A stretch of DNA of 63,948 nt, the filler included, from an uncultured Myxococcia bacterium (GTDB taxonomy: Bacteria; CAZTWC01): the NCBI GenBank assembly GCA_964617105.1. It is 4 parts of 4 records of this genome, joined end to end, with 100 filler letters (N's around TTAATTAATTAA, not from the genome) between each part and the next. Parts side by side here need not be neighbours in the genome. Positions count along the whole stretch, not along the records: positions 1 to 17,415 come from CAZTWC010000054.1; positions 17,516 to 34,820 come from CAZTWC010000055.1; 2 more parts are not named here. The stretch is one strand, 5' to 3'. A model generated the notes under the pieces. The model saw only the letters and a program-made list of their open reading frames with translations. It searched no databases and was not told where the DNA came from. Below, piece by piece: positions 7,894 to 18,995 of this stretch; position 1 is the stretch's first letter, and each line of letters starts with the position of its first letter. Position numbers and translations under genes: made by a program.

Positions 7894-10857
7894 TTATTGT
7901 TTGTTAACCATCATTTTAAGGTAGGCTGCCCGTAATTCTTGTTCCACTTGTTTTTTTAATTTGTAATGGCAAATTGCTCCAGGTTTTATCCGTTGCTTAC
8001 TTTGAAGATCTACAAAAATCATCAAGCTGCTGTTTACTTGCACTTTGGTTATAAAATTGGACCTGGAGAATTTATGGCTCAACATAGCGATGATACGGGG
8101 GTAAAAATCGTCCTGCAATTGTCTTTGACGGAATTTAATTTTTCCGATGATAATTTCCAGGTCTACAATAGTTGCCAATGAGGCGAGTCCGGAGATTTTG
8201 AAGGGAAAACGGTTTCGTTTGTCTTTGTCCTTGTTTATAGCATCCAATATAGATAAGGTTTTGTCTTTAAGGTTATAGGTGCGTCTGGTCCAGTCATAAT
8301 TTTCCACTTCGTAATATTGCAGTAATTCATGTAATTTGATGCCTTTTCCATAAAGAGTTTGCAGATAGTTGGATAAAAAATGACAGATACTTCGCAGGTA
8401 TGACTGGTAGAATTCAGTGGTTACCTCTTCCCAGAGAATATTCCCCTCTTCATCAAGGATAAAAACAGAATATCCGGTGGGAGTTTTAGAAGAGAAAATT
8501 TGGACCTGGCCAGTTTTGTTTTCCTGCAGCGAATTTTGAAGAGACTTTAAGGAGTGACAAAAACTGTCTATTGTGAGATGGGTGCAGTTTTTAATATCAG
8601 TGTTGATCTTCTTGGCCAGTATACGATTATTGGGTATCTTTTGGATGTTTACTTTTTTTCCGTCTTTAGTGGAAAAAAAGTAGTAGCAGCCGCTTATCTG
8701 GGTTAAGAAGTTGGTGTAGTCATGCTTATTGACCTGGCTGGAAGTTGGAGCAAAAGTGCTATACAACTCCTTGATAAGGTTGTTGGTTCTCAATTTGGCT
8801 GCCGAGGCCATCCTGCCGGAGTGGCTCCAGACTTCAATGGAACTAAGTGGCGTGGCTCCGGATAAAAACAGTTGGATGATGTTTTCCAGGCATTTAAGAA
8901 ATCCTTTTAGCCCATGGTGGCGAATATTGAATAGTTCTCCCCAGGAGTTGATATATATTACCCCCAGGTTACGAATTAAATTATTATCCTGGGCGCCATA
9001 GTTTAAAATGTCCCATTTTTCGGTGATCAAATAGCTGGAATCGTTCTGTTTTAGTTCATCTTCCTGGCGGCAGTCGAAATTGAGCAGGATGATGGTTTTT
9101 TCTCTTTTAGCAGAATTCTTGAATGCTTCGATGTCCACCTTAAAAGAGTCATACTCCAGAAAAATCTTTCGCATCCTGGAGAGCAGGAATTTTAGACTGT
9201 CCAGTTTAATGTTCAGTGAATTTTGCGTGGTGGTTAACAGCGAAATAGTGGTTTTGGGATGATAGATGCTGTTGTAAACTGTCCAGACCATGAGTTGCAG
9301 CATATCAGTTGATTGGTAAATCGGAGACAGATAACCTTTTCCCTTCTCAACTTTTTCACTTTTTTCCCGAAAGAGAGCCCAACTCTGGCTGTCTTCAAGT
9401 AAGGAAACGGTAATATGGTTTTCAGACAGGTCACCGTGAAAAAAGTAGGTGTAAAGATGTTCTACCTTGTTTTTCTTTTTACCAAAGGCGGCCAATAGTT
9501 TTCTGCCCAACACGGTGAGGTCATCCTTGTTTATCAAAAAACCCTTACCAAGGTCCTGGGCCTTATTGACTAACTCCCTGTAAGTGTCCAGCATGAAATC
9601 GCGGATATCATCGCCGAATTTTTGAATTTTATCCAGTTTCCATAGGTTGATATTATCCAGTTCGTTCACCAGTTGGGCATCCCACCCCCATTTTAAGATG
9701 TAATTCTTCATCACATTAAACTTTTGTTCGAACTGGACCCGGTTGGTGGCTTCCTGGGAGATCTTTAACCCGGTTTTTAGGTAAAAACTTTGCTGCAAAA
9801 TTTGGAAGGAGTTCCAATCGCCTTTATCTGAGTAATATTCACTTACGGAATCGAACATAAGAATATAGGGGTCTGCCAGTTCAGAGGCGTTGGGATTGGC
9901 AAAAACCCTTTCTTTGAGAAGGTCGCAGAGTAAATTTGTTTCGCTTTCAGTATCGATATATTTGGCTAAAAGGGCCATTTTCAGCAAAGATTTAAAAGGG
10001 GATTTTAAGAATTTGGCCATCTGCCAGAGGGCGGCGCCAAAAAATTCCTGCATCGATATTTTTTCCAGATATCCCAAATCAAGGCAGTCCTCCGGGTCCA
10101 CCAACTGCTTACGGGAGTTCAATTCAAGCAGCCAGTGATAATCTTTTTCTGAGTAACCTAAAGGGGTAAGCCACCAGAAAGGTATTTGTCCTTGTATTAG
10201 TAGCGCGGTACGGTAAAATTCTTCCTTTAGCAGTTTCGACATAGCAGAACCAGCGCTTTCTTCGTCACTAGTGCCAAAGTCATTTTGCTGGGCTTTGCTG
10301 ATATCGGTAAGAAAGAAATGTACCTCCAAACCTCGTTTATTGTAGGCCCATTCTTCGATGATATTGGCTTTTTCTTGTAGAGCACACAGATCCTGGTAAC
10401 GCATTTCTTTGCGGTTGATGATCACCCAATAGTCCACATCCGATTTGGCCGATTGACCTATGGTTCCAAGGCTTCCCATGGTTAACAACGATTTAATTGC
10501 CGGGCGCCTCCACACCCCTCTGAAATCGATTAAGGTGCCAGGAAATAATTCCTGAGTAAATTTTTTTCCGGTACTGTAATAGTTAAAATTATAAATACCA
10601 TGGGGAGTTGGATTTTTTTCTTGATATCTTTTCTTATTGAAACCGGGAAGTCCTTTATGTTCAAGATGCAGCAACACCGGAATTACCATAAAAGTTTTAA
10701 AACGCTCCGGATCAAGGGAGAATTGCAGCATGTTTAACTTACCCTGGTTGTATCGTTTAAAGGCGAGCAAATACCGGGGCAGCAGTTTTTTCAGCAGATT
10801 GACATCTTTGGGCTGGTGGACCGTCAGATCGATTTGTTGTTGGTTATCTTTTCGCAT
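7894..10857 (-). CDS. cyaA: Class I adenylate cyclase
   Basis: TMGSLGTIGQSAKSDVDYWV nucleotidyltransferase motif, EVHFFL, LLKEEFYRT and GAALWQ..K..KSPFKSLLK, all typical of class I AC. Confidence 0.88.
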   Translation of the reverse strand: MRKDNQQQIDLTVHQPKDVNLLKKLLPRYLLAFKRYNQGKLNMLQFSLDPERFKTFMVIPVLLHLEHKGLPGFNKKRYQEKNPTPHGIYNFNYYSTGKKFTQELFPGTLIDFRGVWRRPAIKSLLTMGSLGTIGQSAKSDVDYWVIINRKEMRYQDLCALQEKANIIEEWAYNKRGLEVHFFLTDISKAQQNDFGTSDEESAGSAMSKLLKEEFYRTALLIQGQIPFWWLTPLGYSEKDYHWLLELNSRKQLVDPEDCLDLGYLEKISMQEFFGAALWQMAKFLKSPFKSLLKMALLAKYIDTESETNLLCDLLKERVFANPNASELADPYILMFDSVSEYYSDKGDWNSFQILQQSFYLKTGLKISQEATNRVQFEQKFNVMKNYILKWGWDAQLVNELDNINLWKLDKIQKFGDDIRDFMLDTYRELVNKAQDLGKGFLINKDDLTVLGRKLLAAFGKKKNKVEHLYTYFFHGDLSENHITVSLLEDSQSWALFREKSEKVEKGKGYLSPIYQSTDMLQLMVWTVYNSIYHPKTTISLLTTTQNSLNIKLDSLKFLLSRMRKIFLEYDSFKVDIEAFKNSAKREKTIILLNFDCRQEDELKQNDSSYLITEKWDILNYGAQDNNLIRNLGVIYINSWGELFNIRHHGLKGFLKCLENIIQLFLSGATPLSSIEVWSHSGRMASAAKLRTNNLIKELYSTFAPTSSQVNKHDYTNFLTQISGCYYFFSTKDGKKVNIQKIPNNRILAKKINTDIKNCTHLTIDSFCHSLKSLQNSLQENKTGQVQIFSSKTPTGYSVFILDEEGNILWEEVTTEFYQSYLRSICHFLSNYLQTLYGKGIKLHELLQYYEVENYDWTRRTYNLKDKTLSILDAINKDKDKRNRFPFKISGLASLATIVDLEIIIGKIKFRQRQLQDDFYPRIIAMLSHKFSRSNFITKVQVNSSLMIFVDLQSKQRIKPGAICHYKLKKQVEQELRAAYLKMMVNKQ

Positions 10858-10896
10858 CTAGTAAGATGTTAATTGATGAAAGGCAAAAAAAACATG

Positions 10897-10932
10897 ATAT
10901 AATAAAATTTAAAATAATATTCTTTATTATAT
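10897..10932. promoter_or_regulatory. Inverted repeat containing opposed TATAAT boxes in the cyaA divergent region
   Basis: ATATAATAAA-N16-TTTATTATAT. The region is AT-rich, so this could be chance. Confidence 0.3.
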
Positions 10933-10995
10933 TGGCAAAGATTATACTGGTCAAGAGATAAAGTATGGTCAGATTGATTTCAGAGAAGAAAAATA

Positions 10996-11370
10996 ATGAT
11001 TAAATTACCCTCACTCAATAAAAATATGCCCAAATCCGGTAAGATGGATTTTCACTGTTTTCGGCACAGTTTTTTTCGTAAATTGCTTCCCCAATATAAA
11101 CCAGGCGATAAGGCTCGTATACCGGGACGAACCGATCGTCCACTGGTTTTTCTTTGGCCGGGGCGGGGGGCCAAGAAGGTAAACAAATTTATTAAATTCT
11201 CCAAAGGTTATGCTAAATATAAGTATGTTTTTCTTAACCTGGAGGTCTCTAAATTGGAATTTATTCAGGAATATTCCAATTTTACCTATTATGCCACCGA
11301 ACAAGAGTTGATACCCGATCAGATTTGGGAGTGGGATGATTATTCTAAAATCTGGAAACGGATGAGTTGA
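10996..11370 (+). CDS. Hypothetical protein
   Basis: 124-aa ORF with an AG-rich upstream sequence, filling the gap between cyaA and asnS. No family recognised. Confidence 0.55.
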   Translation: MIKLPSLNKNMPKSGKMDFHCFRHSFFRKLLPQYKPGDKARIPGRTDRPLVFLWPGRGAKKVNKFIKFSKGYAKYKYVFLNLEVSKLEFIQEYSNFTYYATEQELIPDQIWEWDDYSKIWKRMS

Positions 11371-11415
11371 AATAATTTCCAGTAAATTAACTTCGTCACG
11401 AATTAGCAGCAGAAG

Positions 11416-12711
11416 TTATGGTATGATCCTCTCTAGCATCCGTGGAAACGGGATGGTTTCCCGCACGTGGTGGGTTCCGCATAGCCAGGCTACGGTTCTT
11501 TCCAGTCCCAGACCAAAGCCGCCGTGGGGCACGCTGCCGTATTTCCGCAAGTCCAAATACCAGAAGAAATCTTCCTCCGACAGGTCATGTTTTTTCAGGC
11601 TTTCCAACAGAGTCTGATAATCGTCTTCTCTCTGTCCTCCGCCGATTATCTCGCCGTAACCTTCTGGAGCCAGCACATCCACTCCCATAGCCAGGTCTGA
11701 ATTCTGCGGATCTTTTTTCATGTAGAAAGCCTTGCATTGCCTGGGCCAGCGGTGAACCAGGATGGGGCGGTCGTATTGCTGGGTGAGTACAGTTTCGTCT
11801 TCACCGCCAAAATCTTCGCCGTATTTGAAGGCGTGTCCCACTTGCTCCAATTTCTCTACCGCCTGTTGGTAAGTGATACGATGGAGAGGCCGCTTAACCT
11901 GTTCCAGTTTGGAGATGTCCCGTTCCAATAGATCCAGGTTTTTTTTCTGTCTTTCCAATACCCGCTCTACCAGATAGAGAACCAGATCCTCAGCCAGGTC
12001 CATTACTCCATCCAAATCGTAGAAGGCCATCTCCGGCTCCACCATCCAAAATTCTGTAAGGTGACGGCGGGTTTTTGATTTTTCCGCTCTAAAGGTAGGG
12101 CCGAAACAGTAAACTTTGGAAAATGCCATGGCATTGGCTTCGTTATAGAGTTGTCCCGATTGGGCCAGGAAGGCATCTTGACCAAAGTATCCCAGTTTGA
12201 AAAGGGAAGTGGTACCCTCACAGGCATTGGGAGTGATAATCGGAGTGTCCATTAGGATAAATTTGCGCTGGTGAAAAAAATCGTTGATTGCCGAAATCAC
12301 CTCGTCTCGGATTTTCATAATGGCAAACTGCCTGGAGGAGCGTAACCACAAGTGACGGTTGTTCATCAGGAAACTTACGGTGTGCTCCTTGGGCTGGATG
12401 GGGTAGTCTATGCAGTTACTGAGCATTTCGATGTTGGTAACGCCCAGTTCAAAGCCCAAAGGAGATCTTTTATCTTCCCGGATCACACCGGTTACTGCCA
12501 GGGAGGATTCCTGGTTTAATTCATCGGTGAGAGTGAAAATTTCGGGGCTAACCTCTTTTTTAAAAACTACACACTGGATAATACCGGTGCCGTCCCGAAG
12601 TTGCAAAAATCGCAATTTGCCGCTGGAGCGTTTGTTGTAGAGCCATCCGTAAAGAGTGACTTCTTTGCCCAAATGGGTGCTGATATCTTCAATATATACT
12701 TCTGGTTTCAT
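11416..12711 (-). CDS. asnS: Asparagine--tRNA ligase
   Basis: OB-fold [40 protein letters not shown] and [11 protein letters not shown]. Start placed after the GGAGG RBS. Confidence 0.96.
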   Translation of the reverse strand: MKPEVYIEDISTHLGKEVTLYGWLYNKRSSGKLRFLQLRDGTGIIQCVVFKKEVSPEIFTLTDELNQESSLAVTGVIREDKRSPLGFELGVTNIEMLSNCIDYPIQPKEHTVSFLMNNRHLWLRSSRQFAIMKIRDEVISAINDFFHQRKFILMDTPIITPNACEGTTSLFKLGYFGQDAFLAQSGQLYNEANAMAFSKVYCFGPTFRAEKSKTRRHLTEFWMVEPEMAFYDLDGVMDLAEDLVLYLVERVLERQKKNLDLLERDISKLEQVKRPLHRITYQQAVEKLEQVGHAFKYGEDFGGEDETVLTQQYDRPILVHRWPRQCKAFYMKKDPQNSDLAMGVDVLAPEGYGEIIGGGQREDDYQTLLESLKKHDLSEEDFFWYLDLRKYGSVPHGGFGLGLERTVAWLCGTHHVRETIPFPRMLERIIP

Positions 12712-12733
12712 TTTCCCTCCGATAAGTGGATGG

Positions 12734-15223
12734 TCATTTGTCCTGCAATAGTTCCAGTTGTTTGGATTTTTGGCTCTGGTCATCACTCTCATCGGTTTTT
12801 GCCAGCCGGGTAAAACCGATCACCTTTTCATTCGCAGACAGAGAAACCAGTTTGACCCCCTGGGTATTTCGGCTGATCACAGAAATACCGCTGGTCTCCA
12901 ACCGGATCATTTTACCCGAAGAAGTGAGGATCATCAGTTGGTCGTCATCGCTGACCTTCATAATACCTACCACCTTACCGTTACGCTTGGTGGTTTTAAT
13001 GGTGATAACTCCTTTGCCGCCTCGTTTGGTTTTGCGGTATTCAGTGTGTTTGGTTCGTTTGCCAAAACCGTTTTCTGTAATAGTCAGGATGGTAGATTTT
13101 TCATTTAACACACCCATGCCTACCACCTGGTCATTTTCCGCCAAATTAATCCCTTTGACTCCACGCGCGACTCTGCCCATGGGCCGAACATCGGTTTCAT
13201 TGAATCGAGCAGTTTGACCCAACCGGGAGGCGATAAAGATTTCACATTCCCCATCAGTAAGTTGAACATCTATCAGTTCGTCATCTTCTTCAAATTTGAT
13301 GGCAATAATACCAATAGAGCGGGGATTGGAGTAAGCCATAAGATCGGTTTTTTTGATGATCCCGTTTTTGGTAACCATGGTGATATATTGGCCTTCCTTA
13401 AACTCTTCTACTGGTAGAATACCTAATACCTGTTCATCTTTGGCCAGGTTAACCAGATTAATAATCGGTTTTCCTTTGGATGTCCGGCCAGCAGTTGGTA
13501 CCTGGTAAACCTTCAGCCAGTAACATCGCCCTATGTTGGTAAATATCATAATGTAAGAGTGGGTATGAGCATTGAAAATCTGCTTTATAAAGTCATCTTC
13601 TCTGGTGGAGGCGCCGGTAATCCCTTTTCCGCCACGGCGTTGCGCCCGGTAAAGCGAGAGAGGATTGCGCTTGATATAACCCCGGTGACTCACCGTAACC
13701 ACCATCTCCTCCTGGGGGATCAGGTCTTCGATGTTAAAGTCGCCCACATCCTGGATAATTTGAGTGCGGCGATGGTCGCCATATTTTTGTTTAATCTCCA
13801 AGAGTTCATCTGAGATTAGGGTGAAGAGTACTTTTTCATCGCGTAATATCTCCTCCAATCGGGCGATCTCTTTGCGTAACTGCTCCAGTTCGGAGATAAT
13901 TTTTTCCCGTTCTAATCCGGTAAGACGCTGCAGCCTCATTTCCAAGATAGCCTTGGCCTGGGATTGAGTGAATTGAAACCGGAGCATCAAAGACTCTTTG
14001 GCCTGTTGGGGACCAGGTGATTTTTTGATCAAGGCGATTATTTCATCAATATGATCCAGGGCTTTTTTTAAACCCTCTAAAATATGAGCCTGGGTCTTGG
14101 CCTTGGACAGATCAAAGCGGGTACGCCGTAACACCACCTCTTTACGGTGCTGGATAAAATGGGTAAGTGCTTCTTTGATGTTGAGCACCCTGGGTTGCCC
14201 CTTAACGATGGCCAGCATGTTGATTCCAAAGGTGGTCTGCAGGTTGGTTGACTTGTAGAGTTTGTTGAGCAAAATGTTGGCATCGGCATCTCGCTTCAAT
14301 TCAATATAGATGCGCATACCTTTACGGTCCGATTCATCTCTTAATTCGCTGATGCCGGTGATCACCTTGTTTTTAACCAGATCGGCGATTTTTTCGATCA
14401 GTTTGGCCTTATTTACCTCAAAGGGCAGTTCGGTAACAATAATTGCCTCTCGTTCAGAACCCTTTTTGATCTTTTCTATATCGGTGCGGGCTCTCATCTT
14501 GACCAGGCCCCGGCCGGTTTTGTACGCCTGTAAAATTCCTGCGCGACCGCAAATAAAAGCCCCGGTGGGAAAATCGGGGCCGGGCACATGCTGAAGCAGG
14601 TCCTCTATAGCTGCCTGTGGGTGTTTGATTAAATGAATTACCGCACCGATAATTTCGCTTAAATTGTGAGGAGGAATGTTGGTGGCCATGCCGACCGCGA
14701 TACCAGAAGAACCGTTTATCAGCAGGTTGGGCAAGCGTGAGGGCAATACACTGGGCTCATTTAAAGAGTCATCATAGTTAGGGGTAAAAGTTACGGTTTC
14801 CTTTTCGATATCCCGCAACATTTCATCGGTGATACGGGCCATCCGTACCTCTGTGTACCGCATGGCTGCCGGCGGGTCGCCATCTACCGAACCGAAGTTG
14901 CCCTGGCCATCTACCAGCATGTAGCGCATCCTGAAATTTTGGGCCATTCGTACCAGAGAGTCATACACTGCTGAGTCACCGTGGGGATGGTATTTACCGA
15001 TTACATCACCCACAATGCGGGCCGACTTTTTATAGGAATTGGAATAGGTGTTTTTCAAGTCCTTCATGGCGTAAAGTATACGCCGATGTACAGGTTTCAT
15101 TCCGTCTCGAACATCGGGCAAGGCTCGACCAATAATGACGCTCATGGCGTACTCTATGTAAGAGCCCCGCATCTCGTCTTCGATATTGATAGGTTTTACT
15201 TTAGAGAACATCTCTGGTTTCAT
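12734..15223 (-). CDS. gyrA: DNA gyrase subunit A
   Basis: GKYHPHGDS, catalytic AAMRYTE, GyrA-box QRRGGKG and beta-pinwheel CTD. Confidence 0.98.
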   Translation of the reverse strand: MKPEMFSKVKPINIEDEMRGSYIEYAMSVIIGRALPDVRDGMKPVHRRILYAMKDLKNTYSNSYKKSARIVGDVIGKYHPHGDSAVYDSLVRMAQNFRMRYMLVDGQGNFGSVDGDPPAAMRYTEVRMARITDEMLRDIEKETVTFTPNYDDSLNEPSVLPSRLPNLLINGSSGIAVGMATNIPPHNLSEIIGAVIHLIKHPQAAIEDLLQHVPGPDFPTGAFICGRAGILQAYKTGRGLVKMRARTDIEKIKKGSEREAIIVTELPFEVNKAKLIEKIADLVKNKVITGISELRDESDRKGMRIYIELKRDADANILLNKLYKSTNLQTTFGINMLAIVKGQPRVLNIKEALTHFIQHRKEVVLRRTRFDLSKAKTQAHILEGLKKALDHIDEIIALIKKSPGPQQAKESLMLRFQFTQSQAKAILEMRLQRLTGLEREKIISELEQLRKEIARLEEILRDEKVLFTLISDELLEIKQKYGDHRRTQIIQDVGDFNIEDLIPQEEMVVTVSHRGYIKRNPLSLYRAQRRGGKGITGASTREDDFIKQIFNAHTHSYIMIFTNIGRCYWLKVYQVPTAGRTSKGKPIINLVNLAKDEQVLGILPVEEFKEGQYITMVTKNGIIKKTDLMAYSNPRSIGIIAIKFEEDDELIDVQLTDGECEIFIASRLGQTARFNETDVRPMGRVARGVKGINLAENDQVVGMGVLNEKSTILTITENGFGKRTKHTEYRKTKRGGKGVITIKTTKRNGKVVGIMKVSDDDQLMILTSSGKMIRLETSGISVISRNTQGVKLVSLSANEKVIGFTRLAKTDESDDQSQKSKQLELLQDK

Positions 15224-15372
15224 GTTTGATTACCTGTAAAAAAAGACTCTCGCTGAGCTCTTGCTGCGCTATTGCAGAATATTGCCCGAGAGATATGATT
15301 GTATCAAAAAAATAAAGTTTATTTTATCTCTAGATGAGAATTGATTTAGTATATTTTCAATGGTAAAAAGTG

Positions 15373-16134
15373 TCAAGCATGTTGCCGAAAGACTATCTCG
15401 ATTCCATCAATAATATTGGTACGGATATAGATTGGAGCCGCCAGTCCATCTACAACTCGGTGCTTGCCATTTTTATCGGTAAGGAGAGTTCCGGAGGGGA
15501 ATTTGGTTAGTTGGCCGCTTTCTTGAATTTGCTGAAGTAAAAGGCCGGGCAACGGTTCGCCTTTTTCGGTTATAGCATTGAATACCTGGAAAAATTTTTG
15601 GCCTATAGCCTGCTTGAAACTGTACCCGGTTAGAATCCTGGCTGCCCGGTTGATGGCTATAATATCACCCTTAGTGTTCAGGGAGATCACCCCGTCTTCG
15701 ATAGTGAGCAAATTAAGGTTGTGTCTCTCTTTCTGCAGGGTCAGTTGCCGCTGGGTTTTTTTCATATGGATGTAGTTTTTTACCATTCCTTTTAGTTCGT
15801 AAACATTATAAGGCTTAGGTAAAAAAGCGGTTACTCCCATATTGAAACATTTGGCGATATCTTCATCATTGCTGTAACCGGTGTGCACAATCACTGCACA
15901 TAGTGAGGATGGGGTAAGATCTATATTAGCCAGGAACTGGAAACCGTCCATAACTGGCATCCGCAGATCTAAAATTACCAATAAAGGGAACTCTTTTTCA
16001 AACAACTTTAGCCCCTCTTTACCGTTGGGAGCGTAGTACAATTGGTAATTGTCTTTTGATAGGTTCAGGTTTATGGAATTAAAGATTATCTCTTCATCAT
16101 CGATAACCAGAATTTTATCTTGCTTTGCCAACAT
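15373..16134 (-). CDS. Response regulator receiver plus PAS domain protein
   Basis: ILVIDDE, LDLRMPVMDG and KP in the receiver. PAS segment DGVISLN...INRAARILTGY...AIGQ. Confidence 0.85.
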   Translation of the reverse strand: MLAKQDKILVIDDEEIIFNSINLNLSKDNYQLYYAPNGKEGLKLFEKEFPLLVILDLRMPVMDGFQFLANIDLTPSSLCAVIVHTGYSNDEDIAKCFNMGVTAFLPKPYNVYELKGMVKNYIHMKKTQRQLTLQKERHNLNLLTIEDGVISLNTKGDIIAINRAARILTGYSFKQAIGQKFFQVFNAITEKGEPLPGLLLQQIQESGQLTKFPSGTLLTDKNGKHRVVDGLAAPIYIRTNIIDGIEIVFRQHA

Positions 16135-16318
16135 TTTCTCCGTTAAATTTTATCTAGTATTTTACAAAATTACCACAATTGGCAATCCCTGGCAAGACTC
16201 TTTTCAGAAACCAAAATAATAGGCTATATAACCGCATATGAGGGGAATTATTAAGTTGACTTTGTTTTTTAAATGATATTGAATAGTTGGTTTTCACCAG
16301 GGTTTTAGGAGAGAAAAT

Positions 16319-16768
16319 ATGAGTAAGATAAGAGAAGGTGATTCGGTTAAAATTCACTATGTTTGCAAGTTGGAGGATGGTTCTGTCTTCGATTCATCAA
16401 AAACCAAAGGGACACCATTACAGTTCTCTATTGGAGCCGGACAGGTGATTAAAGGGCTGGAAGATGCGTTATTGGGAATGAAGAGGGGAGAAACCAAAAC
16501 TGTGTCAATCTCTTCTGAAGATGGTTATGGTGATTATGATTACAACAAGGTGCTAGTGGTGAAGCGTACCCCAGAGTTAGAACAGGCCAATCCATCCGTA
16601 GGCCAGGTGCTGCAGATGAGAAATCCCGATAGCGGTGAGGTAATCCAGGTAACAGTGACTCACCAGGGTGAAGAGAATATCACTCTGGATGGAAACCATC
16701 CTCTGTCTGGAAAAAATCTAATTTTTGAGGTGGAGGTAGTGAAGATAATTAAGCCCAGCAAGCAATGA
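16319..16768 (+). CDS. FKBP-type peptidyl-prolyl isomerase (SlyD/FkpB-like, no His tail)
   Basis: VKIHY...DGSVFDSS, GQVIKGLEDAL and LDGNHPLSGKNLIFEVEV. Confidence 0.92.
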   Translation: MSKIREGDSVKIHYVCKLEDGSVFDSSKTKGTPLQFSIGAGQVIKGLEDALLGMKRGETKTVSISSEDGYGDYDYNKVLVVKRTPELEQANPSVGQVLQMRNPDSGEVIQVTVTHQGEENITLDGNHPLSGKNLIFEVEVVKIIKPSKQ

Positions 16769-16789
16769 GCGCGTTTCCAGAACCCTCGG

Positions 16790-17356
16790 TCAAAGATTAA
16801 GTTTGTTGGAGTAACACTTATAACAGGCGGGCAGATATTTCTCATCTGCTCCCAGATCTATGCTAAGACCTTCGACAGTGGGGTTACCATCAGTGAATTT
16901 GAGGTTCATAACCGCTTTTTTGTTGCAGAAAGCACAGGTAACTTTGATCTCTTCAATGGAATCTGCCAACTCCAGTAGACGGCGAGAACCATGGAAAAGC
17001 CTGGATTTGAAATCGGTGCGCAATCCGTAACAGATTACCGGGATATTCATAACAGTGGTGATCCGGCGTAATTGTTCCACCAAAGATTCAGACAGGAACT
17101 GGGCCTCATCCACCAGGATGCAACTCAAACCTTCAAACTGACTTTTTTCCAGGCAAGTATCCTCTTTCACCATAATATCTGCTTTCGCCACCAGGCCAGA
17201 GCGCGATTTGATGGCGTGTACACCAAAACGGTCATCAAGTTCCGGTTTTAGCAGTTTAACCTTTTTGCCCTGATTGCGGTAATTGTGAGCCACGGCCAAT
17301 AAATTCATTGTTTTAGCGCTTGAAACTACTCCATAGCGAAAGTAAAGTTTGGCCAT
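16790..17356 (-). CDS. tdk: Thymidine kinase
   Basis: MAKLYFRYG, LVDEAQFL, YGLRTDF and zinc-binding CxxC pairs. Confidence 0.95.
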   Translation of the reverse strand: MAKLYFRYGVVSSAKTMNLLAVAHNYRNQGKKVKLLKPELDDRFGVHAIKSRSGLVAKADIMVKEDTCLEKSQFEGLSCILVDEAQFLSESLVEQLRRITTVMNIPVICYGLRTDFKSRLFHGSRRLLELADSIEEIKVTCAFCNKKAVMNLKFTDGNPTVEGLSIDLGADEKYLPACYKCYSNKLNL

Positions 17357-17415
17357 TTTTATTTCTCCAACTCTTTCAAGGCTGCAAAAACGCACTGCCG
17401 AACATAACTCTCAGA

Positions 17416-17515
17416 NNNNNNNNNNNNNNNNNNNNNNNNNNNNNNNNNNNNNNNNNNNNTTAATTAATTAANNNNNNNNNNNNNNNNNNNNNNNNNNNNN
17501 NNNNNNNNNNNNNNN
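17416..17515. other. Artificial contig spacer
   Basis: N44-TTAATTAATTAA-N44, with stops in all six frames. Confidence 0.98.
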
Positions 17516-18094
17516 ATCAGCACTAGTATTGCGGGCCATCATGCCCAGAAGCACGCTTTTCCCAACCCCTGAACCGGCCATTATTCCAACCCTCTGACCT
17601 TTAGCAATGGTATTCAACCCATCAATAGCCTTGATTCCCAATGACAAAGACTCACTTATGGCGGGACGCTGAAGAGGATTTATTGGTTCTGAATACAGAG
17701 ACATAGTATTATCCTCCAAAATAGGACCCTGGTCATCTATAGGCAGCCCCAGGCCGTTAATAACACGGCCCAGGTATGCATTGCCCACATTTATAGTAGC
17801 CTCCTCTTTAATAACCTGGATATGAGAACCGTGCTTAATGTTTTGTACCGGTTTTAGGGGCATCATCAGAGCCACATCGCCCTTAAAACCCACCACTTCG
17901 GCTTCAATAGGATCCATCTGGCGGCCGGGAGTGATCTGCACCACCGAGCCTAGTCTTGCTCCTGGAACAATCCCTTGCACCACCAGCCCCACCACTTGCA
18001 ATACTTTTCCTCGCCTGGATATTTTTTTGGTTTGCTGCAGTGAATTGTTAATAGCGTTCCAGTTAAAAAGGGATTGGTTAGACGGTAAATTCAT
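17516..18094 (-). CDS. fliI: Flagellar export ATPase, 3'-truncated at contig edge
   Basis: AEVVGF, LGRVINGLG, Walker A AGSGVGKSVLLGM. Follows fliH. Confidence 0.93.
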
Positions 18095-18995
18095 CAATAT
18101 CCTCTCCTGATGGAGGCTGAGTTGCTTCAACCGGCTGCTCTCCTTGAGCCTCCATCTGCTGCTGCTGGAGGTCAGTCAGGATATTTCCCAGTTGATTTTC
18201 CAGGGTGGAGTCAATGGCAGTGCCTTCGGTTTCCAGGGAAAATCCCCCCTGCTCTACGGCGGGATCATCTTGGATCAGTATCTCATTAATTCCTTCAAAA
18301 CCATCAGTAATACTTCCTCGCTGGGTTCTTACCGCCACCGCATCCTGGGGATTTAACTTCAGGATAATTTTATCGGCCCCCATAACTTCAGGCATCAATT
18401 TGCGAACCAGATTGATCAGTATTTCCGGCTTTATAGACACCTCTTGCTGGATTACACTTTTAGCGATTTTTACAGCCAGTTCAACCGCATCGTAGCGCAC
18501 TTTGTCCACCAACTGTATGTTCAATATATTCAACTGCTCTATGCTCATCTGCAAGCGGCTCAAGTAGACACTCGCCTCTGACTGGGTAGTTATAGCCTGG
18601 GTTTTCAAACTCTCCACTTCACCCAAAGCGTTGTTCAGCCCCTCCTGGTAACCTGCTTGAGTCATCTGCTGAAAAAGGGCCTCCAATCTACCTACACATT
18701 CCTGGTAAGCCTCCGATGAAGTCAAGTAGACTCCGTGGTAGATCTCATCCACAATTTTTTCCGCCTGCGCCCGGGGATCAGTTTCACCGCCTTCAGCCTG
18801 TGGTTGCTGGTCTGGTGGCAATGCCCTGCCCAGGTGAGGAAATTTCAGCGAATGAGCAAAGATCTTGCCATCCTCTTCCCTGATAACATTTTCAGAACTG
18901 CGGTGATAAATAGGTTGATCATAATTGGTAAAGTCAACCTGACCAACTGCCGCCTCGGTTTCCGGACCTTTTTTTAGTAAATTAGACAAGCACAT
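18078..18995 (-). CDS. fliH: Flagellar assembly protein FliH
   Basis: GYQEG, LAVKIAKSVI, LKLNPQD and DPAVEQGGF..ET...ID motifs. Position between fliG and fliI. Confidence 0.88.
   Translation of the reverse strand: MCLSNLLKKGPETEAAVGQVDFTNYDQPIYHRSSENVIREEDGKIFAHSLKFPHLGRALPPDQQPQAEGGETDPRAQAEKIVDEIYHGVYLTSSEAYQECVGRLEALFQQMTQAGYQEGLNNALGEVESLKTQAITTQSEASVYLSRLQMSIEQLNILNIQLVDKVRYDAVELAVKIAKSVIQQEVSIKPEILINLVRKLMPEVMGADKIILKLNPQDAVAVRTQRGSITDGFEGINEILIQDDPAVEQGGFSLETEGTAIDSTLENQLGNILTDLQQQQMEAQGEQPVEATQPPSGEDIDEFTV

Noticed and set aside
12700..15223. gyrA and asnS both begin MKPE, and gyrA has no adjacent gyrB
   Set aside because: An 11-nt match is compatible with coincidence, and split gyrA/gyrB loci are common.
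17391..17415. Contig-end sequence resembling an attC core (GTTATGT) or an IS end before tdk
   Set aside because: No matching inverse core after tdk, no integrase or transposase, and it is too short.
17460..17471. TTAATTAATTAA palindrome repeated three times in the window
   Set aside because: It is an artificial six-frame-stop linker inside N runs, not biological.
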